Below are positions 52,501 through 64,000 of a stretch of DNA of 64,000 nt, piece by piece. Source of the stretch: Ascidiella aspersa (lineage: Eukaryota); the NCBI GenBank assembly GCA_963924565.1, contig OZ004609.1, positions 19,654,001-19,718,000 on the forward strand, given 5' to 3'. The translations under genes were made by a program, and so were the position numbers. Within the stretch, counting starts at the first letter, position 1. Every line of letters starts with the position of its first letter. The notes under the pieces are model-generated. The model was given only the letters and a program-made list of their open reading frames with translations, did no database searches and was not told the DNA's origin.

Positions 52501-55500
52501 GCGAGTTGTTAATATTTTAACAATATTCATACACTGGAAAACTGCATACGAAAGGTTGCCGACCGCTGTTGTACTGTCACATGCTTTCGTAAAAAAGGCC
52601 AGATTAGAAATAGTTGAAGTCACGCTAACGCCAAAATTCTTTCTCAGTAATCTAATCAAACTTGGGTGTTTCATCTGATGCACATGACTTATATTTCTCG
52701 ACGTAATGAAATAAATATACATATTGTATGCAAAATAAACTTAAGAAAAAAAATATATCGATAATTCGTTTTATTTAGTTGTCTGTTTGAGTAATCATGT
52801 TCTATGTAAAAGCAGCTTAGGCTCATACAATTAAATGAGCATAAATAGAAACGAGACTTCTGATAAAAAGTTTTATAGTCACCAACGGAGTGCCTCGTAA
52901 ACTTACGTATCGGGAACGACAAGCGCATCGACGTAGCGTTTGTAAAACTTTTTCTCCTGTGCCAGTGAAGCAACTGTTCGTATGTTTAGGGTGGCTTCAG
53001 TGGCAATCTGCCCAGCTTCTTCATACGCCTTTGCCTCGTCACCAGACTGTAACATTAGTACAAGTACATCACATTTATACTATGCAAATCAGTTACGAGA
53101 GATCAAATGCATCCAATAAAAGTTATATGTTTTTGACATATCTGTATGAAAGTGGCAAATGTGTATTCCTTAAAGGTATGGTGGAACAGGATAACTAGTT
53201 ACTGAATGTTTCTTACCTGTCCAGTAAGTACTTTCATGGTAATGACCCCAGCGCCGACCATGAAGGGGACGAAAGCAAGAGTAAGCAGTGTAAGTTGCCA
53301 TCCGTATGCGAATGCGATTCCGAGAGCGACGCCTGGAAAATAGGTGGGTTCAAAATTTTTATAGTAGACGAAACATTAAGCTTTTACAACCATCAACGTC
53401 GTATCTTACCTATTGGGTATCTTACCTATAAGCTATGAATAACGTACAATAAATCGATTTTACATTTTTACATAAATTACATAGAAACAAACCAAGTGCA
53501 AACACGCTCTGAAAGATGACTCCCAGTCTGACTCCGGTGCAGCCTTGCACTTTGGATGCGTCGGTGGCAAGTCGGGTGGTAAGAGCTCCAGTGCTGTTAA
53601 GCGGTTCGTCAAAGTAGGCCATCTCCTGTCGCATCATGGCGCTAAATCCCATTGAACGCAAGCGAGCTGTTAGCTCTTCGCCAGACTTGGCAAACGAACT
53701 TGCCTGAACAATAAACCAACTTCAGTGTCTGCTAGAACATATTAGACCTCACATAAATTCTGATTATAAACGTTAAGGTTTTCATTTTTTTATTACCCTG
53801 TCTTAATTGTATAAGGGTGGGTGATTTTTAAAGTGTATATTGTTGCGTTAAAACTGTGTTTTCTAAACAATTTTTAATAGTTTTGAATTTCCACCTTACA
53901 ACATATATATGATGCACAAAAAAGCACAAGCACAATTTTAATATATGCTACCGAAAGCTACGCTTGTAAGAAACCGTGAAAACATTAGTAAATATGTTGA
54001 AACGGCCATATTTTGTGACCATGACTTATGGACAAATGGCCTGATATAAGGATTTTGATTAACCCGATTTTACAACAAAGCCTAAAAATTTGGTAGCAGT
54101 GTTTTATATATATTTTAGTTTTGGACTGAAATTAATGTAATTGATTAAACCTTGATCTACACTTATCCTTGTCACCTGTGTAATGTTGGCAACGAAGGCG
54201 AGAACTCCGATAGCGACAAAGAGAAGCGAATAGACCATGATCCTCGTCTCACGCTCCGGAGTGTCCGGAAGTGAAAACACGCCGATCATCTCAGAGAAGA
54301 TGATGGCAAAACAAGGCTGAAGTCCGCCGTTTAACGCTGCACCAATGCATCCCACTGGAAGTAAAGCGGATAGATATAAAAAATAAATGGTTGACGATAT
54401 ATAGTTTTAGATTTTTATCCTCCTACTGCTGAATAGTTTGCTGTGTCATTGTATGTTGTATCTTGACAAATTTTTTTTACTCTCTGTTGGGTATCCTGTG
54501 ATTAAACAAACCAAGTATATGACGGGGTTGGAAAAACCCTATCATTGCTTTATTGTCGTTTCCAATGACATCAAACATCGACTTACAGACTATGTACCAG
54601 ATCTCTGGTTTGTTCATTCCGAAGACACGGGCAAACGGCACTTCGGGAAGATCTTCATCTATTTCTTCCGCTTCTTTTTCACCATCGTCACTAGACATCC
54701 CCGAACGCACGCTAGTAACGCTGGTCAACCTCTTTCTGTTTTTGTCCGATACCGACACTGTTCGGCAAGTATATAAGTTCGCATTACTCTGCAAATGTTA
54801 TCGCATTTTGTCAGCTGAACGATAATGGCACTCGCTTCAAATTAACCGACATCCTGATTCGTAAATATACATTCTTAAAAAACACTTGATATGCCTTTCT
54901 GTGGTACTTAAAGAGGTTCGTTACATTTTACACGATAGATGTTGCCTTCTAACAATATGCAAAGTTAATCAACCAAAGATTTTTGGAGAAAAATTAATGT
55001 CGACAAATAAATTTTGGATCTATTTTCCATTAGCGCATCTCGGTTAAGAAAAAATGTTTCACTTACCTCGCTTCTGATCTTTCTTCGCTTGTCCACCTGA
55101 GCAAAAACACCTTTTTTAACCTTATCACGTGAAGTAATTTGTATAACGTGGCGAACTATTACAAATTTTGTAAGAATTTAAGAATTAGATAAACTACGAT
55201 TTACATCAAAGTCCGATTGAAATTAGTGCAAATAACGGTCGGTGAAAATCAACTTATAACGGACAAGAAGAACGGAAAGTAACGAGGCTACTATTATGAA
55301 ACAATACCTTCATCAGCGCTGTAGCTCTGCATGTTGACAAGGTTCTGATATATGCCGTTTTCGACTTTGAGCAGCTCCTCGTGGCTTCCCTGCTCCATCG
55401 CTCGACCCTCGTGGAATCCGATAATTTTGTCTGAGTTCTTGATCGTAGACAGTCGGTGCGCGATCACCAGCGTAGTGCGACCTGCAATTATATAAGAGTC

Positions 55501-57109
55501 AGAATTGATTGGGTTGAAACATTGCCACATACAACTCGATTCGTTGAACAAAAATGTGGTGGTGATTAGTATTCTTTATTAACGAACCAGAAATGAAGAG
55601 TCGTATTAGGGTAAAAACAAGTTTGCACCCGTTGCGGTTTGTCAAGTGATTATGTCTTGTTTTTTCCCTAAACGTTTAGCAAATGTATTTTGCTCTGTTT
55701 GCTGTTGGCGAAGTTATTCAAACATAGATTATTGGCCGCGCGCTTCGAAACTGTGCAAACACACGTTCAAAAATTATTTATTAAACAGCTCTTGTGCACC
55801 ATCATCCACAGGTAGCTAAAATCGATTGGAAGGCCTGTGTTGCTATCAAGTACTATATGGGAAACAAGCGTATCTTGTTAACGGCGTGTTACATATTTTC
55901 ACAAAACCAAAAATCCACAACCTAAGTAACCAGAAAAATCTATAAAATGCATAAGTAAATTTTCAACACAATATATGAAGAAGAAGTTTTTAAACTGGAT
56001 GGTTGATTAAATGTTTACCCGACTTGTTATATAACTCTTTCATCATACATACATAAACTCAAACGTCATTATGAAAGCACACCAGTTTAGATTGTAATTT
56101 GAGAGCTCACCTTGCGAGGCTTTCTCGAGAGCAGCTTGCACGACAGATTCGCTCTCTGTGTCCAGGGCGGAAGTAGCTTCGTCCAGCAACATGATCTTGG
56201 GGTTGCGAACGATTGCTCGCGCGATCGCGATTCGCTGCTTCTGGCCCCCGCTCATCTGGGCCCCACCTTCACCCACCATCGTGTCCAGTTTCTGCAAAGC
56301 ATTAAAACAAAACCATTGTGATGCAGTTTTAGCTCGGCCGGTAGTTTCGCCTGGAATTGAAAACAAATTATTTTAAGACATTATACCGAACCGATAATTC
56401 CAGTTAGATACAGTTTTAGATAAGGATATGAAAACCCAAATGTTTTGGTGAACTAACGTTTGGCAATTTCATCACGAAATCGAAAGCGTTTGCTTCTCTA
56501 ATCGCTTTGACGATCTCGTCATCCGTGACGTCATCGCGGCCATATCGAATGTTCTCCTTGATGGTGGTGTCGAACAGGATTGGTTCTTGGGACACCACTC
56601 CGATGTGCTCACGCAGCCAACGAACGTTCAGTGTACGGATGTCTTTGCCATCTAGCTCAATAGTTCCTTCCTAGAGAGAAGGCAATGTGGTTAGATTTTC
56701 TCCTCTTTAATATGCATATTTGACTGTTGTTGAACCGGTGGTGAAAGTAAGCTGCATTTAAAATAAAATAGTTGAAGCAATGTCCCAAAACTATATGTTC
56801 GCCTATTTTAGTTTCATATAATATATTTGAGGCGTCGCACAATAAGCCCATTTTTTTAATGTTTTATGCTCTTTGAGATTCGTTTTAGCCGTAACTTTGT
56901 AATATCATCCCTGAAAATTTTAAGTTTTTACATCGTTTCAGTAAGAAAAATTATACTTTCACCTCTGGGTTGGACTTGTACGAATCTATTTACCATTTTA
57001 TATCAAATAATTTATCTTCCTATTTTCAACAACACAGCTATATATTACAACTATAGTTAGGGTTGCCAATTTTGTCAATGGAAAATAAAGGACAAAAAAT
57101 AATATGCAT

Positions 57110-57158
<49 letters not shown>

Positions 57159-60100
57159 TTTTTAACAAAATATTTAAACATAACCATTATGGTTGCGTTA
57201 CATAACTTAAAAGTAACAAAAACACGTATTTTCCTTTTTAACAATTTCAAAAATGGTAATTACGAGTTTATGACATGCATGAAATAACACAAATAAGAAA
57301 TACATTATAGAATGTTCATTTATTCGTAGTATATTTGTACCTATTATTTTTTTAAATTATATTTTTTCTGAGATTTTGCTGTCTTAAGTAGCACAGAATC
57401 TTGTTTGATCTTCTCTGAAAATTCTTGACATGTGTTCGCGAAATTGAAATATATAAAAAGCTCATTTTTAATTAGGTCAACTGAGCATCTATTTCGTTCA
57501 TCTTGAGGACATGACACTGAATACCCTTTCGCAATATGCAGAAGTTCCAGGAATAGAGAGTACGTATGAAACGATTTTGAATATATTCATATATATATAT
57601 TTTTTTTTTTTTTAGTGCAGAAGTAGCCTTAGCGACAGAATTCTTTTCGATACCCATGCAGACGAGGCTGGATCCTATCGTAAGCTTGAACAATGCACAT
57701 CCCTTGAATTCCCTTCTTTATTTAGAATCAATATTTTGCCCAAACGGGACCATACGGTACTTTTGGGAGCTAAAGGCTTAACTAAGCACTTCTAGTCTTT
57801 TATGATGGCATTATCTTGTAGCTGTTTACTCTCAGTAACATAATAAAGGACTGGAAGAAGTCTTATTGTCTTAAGCGCAACTCAAATTTGACTATACTGT
57901 TTGGCAGCGATAAAGAAACGCTCTAAACAAAACCTAGAAATTAGATTCCAATGGCACTGCCGCACAACGCGACAAACCACACACCACAGCTGCTACCTGT
58001 CAACTGAATCGGATCTTTACGCTTTAGTAACGATTTTATTTGCTTCGGTAGCTAGTAAGGCATTTTCACATACATGATACATGCTCTTGATTTTTAATAG
58101 ATATTCTAAATAATAACGTTTTTGAATGAAATCTAGTACAAAAGATCAAAATAAAGGACATTTGGCGTCCTTTATGAATGTCAAAAAGGACAAGGACAAA
58201 AAAGGAAAATAAAGGACTGTCCTTTGTAATAAAGGACGGTTGGCAACCCAACTATAGTCATCGCAAAATGTTGAATAACACATATAACGCATCTAACAGT
58301 GGTATAATTTCACTTTTTAAATGGCGGGTTTAATCAAATATAATATGTTTCCGCATCCATCACTTGGCTTGATAATGATAAAAAACAAATTGAACAACAA
58401 CCCCCACAAACTCTTGAACTCTTCTATTTTGAGTAGCCTAGCACAAAATCAAACACAAAAGGCATTAGTGTGCAGCACCTACCTTTTATGGAACACAGCA
58501 AACATGCAAAGTAAAATAAAGGATTCCAGTTTTAAAAGCTCACGACAAATTCTATTAGCATTTTTACAATTTACACAACTTTAGCTTTGTGTTTTTAATT
58601 AACAAAGCTTAATTCGTTTAATAACAAAAAAAATGCATGCTATGACGCAATAATAGCGGTAGCTGCAGCACATAAAAATAAATAGCAGTGTGGCAACGAT
58701 AGTAACGTTATGCGAGGTTAAAATGTAAACGATCCTGTGAGAAACAACTAAATAATGGAATATAATGGTTAAATAGACTATTAGGTGTGTGCATCACACA
58801 GATGGGTGCGGCGGACCGTATTGACGTTTTGGTTACTAATTCAAAAAAATCGGGACTGTTCGACCAAAATCGGAACGTAAGGCAAGGCTATTTTTAAAGA
58901 TTTTAAAAGTTCTCTCGACACCTTTAAGCCCATGTGGCACTCTGTTATGCAATAACGACAATGAGTTGTTACAACTCAGAGTGCCCTAATGCTCGTATAA
59001 GGTACAGAATCGACGAATCGAAGTATTTTATTTGTCGAGCGAAACAAAAGCAAACATCCCAAAGCGAAGCTACACACTCTGAAGAGCTGACTCATAGAAA
59101 AGGTATAAGTGAATAATCAACCTGGAGGCAGCCAGGGCAACGACCAACGTGACCTGAAACAATCTCCTAATACGGCTTAGCAAACGTGGATGTAAAATGT
59201 TTATGAGTGAGCGGCTAAATGAATTGCGACTGTAAAGCTTGGGTGATTAAACGGAACTACAAAAATTAGTTTGAGAAATATTAATCAAAAAAAAAACCTA
59301 ACACAATCTCAAAAATCTAATGTTTCTATTTTGTATATCAGGTTTCTACTTTAGTTCCTTATTTTATGACTTTCAGAAATCATAATCATGTAAAAATGTT
59401 TTTTTTTATTGTAGCCTATACGACTCTAAATTAACTGATATCAGACATTAGGAACCTGTGGATCGTAGAAACGTTGGATGAGTTGAACACACGTACTTTT
59501 CCCACATCCACTCTGACCACACAATGCTGTCGTTTGGCCGCTCTCAGCTGTGTAAGAAACCTTGTGCAGGACCTAAAATAAAGTGAAACAGGTGGATAAG
59601 TTGTTATAGGTAGGAATGTAAACTAATTTTAGCGCATTTTTGAAATTGTAACTTATGGTTAAGAATCCTGCATATACAAACGTACTAATCCTAAAATAAA
59701 TACAAACATTAGGTTCCGCATGTCTTAAAAAATTTAATGTGCATGTCACAGAAATAAAATATCGATCAAACAGTTAGTTAGCCGCTGGGCGTTTGCTCAC
59801 CTGTACGTCAGTGCGCGATGGATACGTGAAGTCGATGTTTTTAAATTTTATTTGACCAGAAACTTTGGTCGGTTTCTCGCCGGAACTTGACATGCAGTCA
59901 ATATCCGGTACCCGATCGATGATTTCAAACACCTTGTAGCCCGCCGCCTTTGCCGCAGCAAAGTATTCCATGTTACTGCCTACCTGCGAACCAATTGCCG
60001 AATAGTTTGCATGTATGTGAACAAAAATTAACATTTATGTAGAAACATAGGAATGGTTAAATTTGACTCCAATACGATTCCAATGTTAATATTATTAAAT

Positions 60101-63043
60101 ATAGTTGAACGTTAAAGGAAACAGTGTTCTTGTGTGTAGGAGCCGATTTATGTAATAACGCGACGTAACAAATTTATGTCAAAACCTGACGTCACGAAAA
60201 AGTAACCTTAAGAACTCCACACAGTTTCTTTACTTTGTAGGTTTTAGGTCAGAGAGTTGTTACTTTTTATACTATATTACAAAAATGTTATCGTTCGCGA
60301 AAAGCAAAGAAGCGCCATTATTTCGTTACCAAAGCTTTCATTTTCAAGGGTGCGATAAAACGCACGATGAATTGGGATAAAAGGGTTTTATTAAAATAAA
60401 CTAATACTAGAAACATAATTTAAATTCGTAAAATAAATGCATTTACATAGTTAAAACAGGCAAAAAACATGAACATGCCTTTCGCGACTAGTCGTGTGTA
60501 TTTAAACTTTGACCTAGTTTCGGCGAGTTTGTTTGTAAAACGTCGTTAGAAACATTTCAAAAACTTTATGGCGCTAATAAAACGCTGGTTTTGTCGTTTA
60601 ATGTCTTTTTTATTTGGCCCAAAGGATAGATGTTGTGGATGTTTAACGATCCTTAATTTTTTTTAAATTAAAGGAGTTAAAAAGGAATAAATATCTCCAT
60701 GGTAACATAATGCTTGAAGTAATTGTCTGTCTACAAAATGTTCAACCAATATGTGTTGGCAAAACGGGTATAGTGCGCCAAAATAAATGATGGACTGCAG
60801 ATATTTTGTATATTATTATTTGTATGTACGCTCACAACTTTTATTTTAAAAAGTTGCGTATGTAAACCATATATACAGTCTGCCTTAAGTAGCTATGAAA
60901 AACTTTTTGAGGTACTTACCCCACCAAGTGAGAAAGCCCCAATAAGGACTCCAAAAAATGTTGTCAGCATGTCGTTAATTCCAAAAGTTGATCCTTCGGC
61001 AAAAACAAGTGTCGAGCCGTACCAGAAAGCAAGCCCGTATGTGCAAAACATGATGAGAAAGACTGTACCCATTCCAATACCGGTCATAAAGCCTTTGCGA
61101 ATCCCCACAGCTTTGGCAAAAACCAAATTAATGCCATATCTGTTAACAATCATAACAACAAATCCTTTAGCAAGCATTTTAAGAACATACAATTTTGTAA
61201 GTTTATTATTACTGGGTTTACTAGACCGATCTGAATATAGTCATTTATCAGACGTTACATGATTTTAACTTTAACTGATTTGCTACAAACACTTTCGTGT
61301 CAAATGACCTTAGAACGCCGCGAGAAGTAAACAAACAAAACTTGCAGATAGGATCATTTTGCTAGGTAACTATGGCAAATTCCCCAAACTACAATTATTT
61401 TTACTAAGTGAATGCAAAAATTTCAGAATTATGTTTTGAATCTGAATTCTACTATGTCATGGCCCATTTTGATAAAATCGTATTAGCTCAACGGTGTGTC
61501 GCCGAACAAATGAAGTTACAACTTAATCGATACAAAGGCGTTTTTCCTTTTCGCGAATCGATAGCATCTTAGTAATATATTGTTTGCGTAGAAAATAACA
61601 CCCCTATCCAACCTAAAACTTTAACAAAAAGAAAAATTATTTTTTTATGACGCCACACTTATTTGTGACATCAGGTTTACGGTAACTTTGTAACCTCACG
61701 TTTTGACGTTCTGACGTTCTGACGTAACCTAGTGTCGTCATTTCTGATATTTTTTTCACGCCCCTACAAACAAAATCCTAGATCCTCGCCTGTAAGTGAC
61801 TATGTCAATTTTTTTAGCAGTGCTGTGAGTTTGTGATCAGTTACCTTTTCACCTCCTTCTCCTGTCCATGAAATGCTGTAACAGTTCGAATAGAGGATAT
61901 AACCTCTTCCGCCACTGCGCCAGCTTTCGCGTAAGCGTCTAGCTCTTTCTTTGTGAAGCTGGTGGCGATCTAAAATAACAATTTTGTTCTGGCATCAGAT
62001 TGCAGACTTCGTAGGTTGCATCTTTTTTCTAATTAATAATTTTATTGTGAAAAACGAAAACTGATGAATTCGTTAGAGAAAGTTATATCACACAATTAAC
62101 TTACTCCAATCAAAAAATAAATCAAAAGCATTTAACAAATTGTTCAAAGGTGATGGACTTATTGTCCAAGTATCACAATTATAAGAAGGGTATTTAAAGA
62201 TTTCGGACTAAAAATCTATAATTGTTAAAAAATTATTAAAATAAAAGCTGTAGTCAACCTTGAACATTACGCTGGCCGACAATCCCAATAGTGGCGAGAC
62301 AGCCAGAATGACCAATGCTAGTTTCCAACCGTATATAAAACCAACCACGAGCCCTGCAATTGCTCTTGCCAGCATTTGCAGCGATACAGAGACTTTGTCG
62401 CTTATTCCTGCCTGAATCTTGTTTACGTCACTGAATTAAAAAAAATGTAGTCAAGTCAAATATGTGAAGTAGTTTTACGCTAACGGCAAATTGTTTGCAA
62501 CGTAACAGACAAATAGCTGTACATTAAAAACGTAGCGAAAGTAGAATGTATAATGCGAAATAAATAACTTATACAAAAACGGATGAATTTGATATTTACA
62601 CCAATCAAGCAAACCAAATAAAATAGGTGTAAATTTGTTTTGTTTGCATTCCCAACAAATTCCGATCTCCATTTATGATATATGGTTTGTTTAGTAATGC
62701 TTAAAAACAACCAACACTTTTACTTCACATTGTAAAATTTGCAGGCTCGGACAACTTTACAAGAACTTACAGTTAAATATCGCAAATATTTACAGTCGTC
62801 ATCATTCCATTAAAAAACAACTTGTTCAGTCGTAGAATGTAGATCCTAAATTTAACCCAAAGACGCCAAACATTTGTCACACATAACAACAATTGTAATC
62901 TGTGTTTACTCTGCCAGTCTTGTGTTGAGCTCCCCTGCTGAGTTGAGATCGAAAAACGAGATGTCCTGTCGCAATATGCTGCGAAAAAACTGCACTCGGA
63001 TCCTTCGTATTTGCCGCACTGCTTGCATCATGTAGCACGTTAC
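46505..63043 (-). CDS. ABCB1: ABCB1-like P-glycoprotein (copy B), 5'-partial, 21 exons in the window
   Basis: Exons 63043-62910, 62430-62259, 61969-61845, 61139-60920, 59983-59801, 59572-59456, 56670-56458, 56291-56111, 55481-55308, 55096-55067, 54757-54587, 54354-54176, 53703-53493, 53332-53217, 53046-52907, 51525-51385, 50885-50729, 50565-50368, 49713-49507, 47429-47283, 46711-46505. Same intron positions and phases as copy A, no stops seen, NBD motifs intact. N-terminal exons lie beyond 64000. Confidence 0.92.
46801..47164. mobile_element. MITE with CCGATA/TATCGG repeats
   Basis: Left ATGTCCGATA..., right ...TATCGGACGTCGCTA; internal CCGAT/ATCGG units. Confidence 0.55.
47813..48734. mobile_element. 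hAT MITE carrying a nested family-3 fragment (47930-48380)
   Basis: CAGTGTTTCCCAACC...GTTGGAAACCTATG; TSD GTTTAAGT/GTTTAAGC. Confidence 0.72.
48743..49403 (+). mobile_element. hAT MITE (family 3), full length
   Basis: CAGGGCAACCTACGGCCCGCG...GGTTGTCGACCCCTG; perfect TSD GTTTAAGC. Confidence 0.82.
51095..51200 (+). repeat. Possible degenerate tRNA-derived SINE head
   Basis: A-box-like TTGGTAGAGTGG and B-box GTTCGAACC (51137-51145) at tRNA-like spacing; no full cloverleaf. Confidence 0.35.
51616..52568. mobile_element. Triple-nested MITE stack in an ABCB1-B intron
   Basis: Outer element CAGGGTTCGGCAACC...AGGTTGCCGACCGCTG with perfect TSD TTGTACTG; middle GGAGTCGG/CCGACTCC foldback ~51745-52460; inner element CAGTGGTCGGCAAA...TTTGCCGACCACTG at 51908-52377. 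Confidence 0.82.
57058..58250. mobile_element. Non-autonomous hAT element (TAGGGTTGCCA-type TIR), ~1.2 kb
   Basis: TAGGGTTGCCA...TGGCAACCCA; TSD ACTATAGT on both sides; AAAGGAC subterminal repeats. Confidence 0.8.
57116..57156. repeat. (TA)n microsatellite
   Basis: About 20 uninterrupted TA units. Confidence 0.95.
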
Positions 63044-63198
63044 CTATTTATAATAATAATGCATTGTTTCTTTGAGATTATATCATTTGGAATAATGTAA
63101 TAAAGCGATTCCATTTTTATTAGGTCATTTTTATATCGTTATAGGAATACAACAATCACTTTTATATTTTTCGACTCGTAACTTGAATATATCTAAAC

Positions 63199-63978
63199 CA
63201 GGGGTCGGCACCCCCTGGCACGCGTGCCACTTTTGGCACGCGAGATGATTTTTTAGGGCACGCCAAATGATTAAACGCGCACGTTATATCACCTTAACAA
63301 AGTGCAACCATTACATCACTATCACACCATTAACAATAATATAACATCACTAACACTATAGTGCTAACCAAACGGTTCCACACATTTCCAGTTCGCGTCA
63401 TAAATTGTGTCTTAACTCATTAACTGTTGTAAACTTGTTGTTTAAGACTTACCGTTAGTATTACGTCACAATGCACTAAAAGCGAAACTGATAGTTTATT
63501 AGGTATCGGCTGAAAAACGTCGAAGTACATTTCAAAATATCGGGCACAGCATTACGTTCGTGACAGTTTGTTTTTTTCAGCAGGGTTGGGGTATCTTTAC
63601 ATAATTTAACTTATAAAATTAGGTTTAATGACGTCTCCCAATATGCGTAAATTAGATGTCAGATCACAGCAGGGCTACGGAGTCGAACTGGGACTCGAGT
63701 AAGACTAGGTAAAACTACCCCAATCCGGCGTGTGGGCATGACACAGTACCAAATTTCGAAACTGATAAGGTAGCAAACCGTAAATTGCATATTTTCCATG
63801 ACCCCTATTATTGGATTCCTGCATACCGATCTTATTATAGTCACGTAAATCTTATTATAGTCACGTAAAAAAGTGAAATATAGGCTGTAGAGTCTGACCC
63901 GGACTCGGGAGTCTCACTCGGGTTCAATTTTTGTCCAGAGCCGGACTCGTGTTGTTTGTAACTGACTTGGGAGCCCTG
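63199..63978 (+). mobile_element. hAT MITE related to the 51616 outer element, followed by a GAGTC-type element (~63670-63978)
   Basis: CAGGGGTCGGCACCCCCTGGCACGCGTGCCACTTTTGGCACGCGAG...TATCACCTTAACAAAGTGCAA matches 51616-51737; CAGGGCTACGGAGTCG...GGAGCCCTG; includes a 20-bp tandem duplication TCTTATTATAGTCACGTAAA. Confidence 0.7.
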
Positions 63979-64000
63979 GTTGCCAGTGAAAAAAACAAAC

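Noticed and set aside
26871-63043. ABCB1 duplication as an uncollapsed haplotype or assembly artefact
   Set aside because: TMD exons, linker and introns are strongly divergent between the copies; alleles would be similar throughout.
1-64000. Remaining 60-130 aa ORFs in the track
   Set aside because: They overlap introns or MITEs, show AT-driven composition and have no recognisable domains.

Overview
AT-rich, intron-containing animal genomic DNA; the compact introns, patchy CpG depletion and dense MITEs suggest an invertebrate, possibly a tunicate (inference). By hand-splicing I reconstruct four minus-strand genes with consistent exon phases: an A20/AN1 zinc-finger gene (ZFAND5/6-like, ~206 aa), mitochondrial glycine C-acetyltransferase (GCAT, ~426 aa) and two tandem ABCB1/P-glycoprotein paralogs (copy A complete, 25 coding exons, ~1300 aa; copy B running off the right edge). 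Also present: a 3'-truncated U4 snRNA copy, a decayed Buster/Charlie hAT transposase and many MITEs with readable 8-bp target-site duplications (TSDs). Main findings: (1) the two P-gp paralogs are near-identical, including synonymous sites, in ATPase (NBD) exons only, while transmembrane exons have diverged and introns show no similarity by eye, suggesting exon-restricted gene conversion; (2) two alternative first exons for P-gp copy A, one encoding a PPxY motif; (3) a candidate distal ZFAND exon that would add a bipartite NLS in frame; (4) a transposon whose TSD is the ZFAND splice donor. All coordinates and mismatch counts were read by hand.
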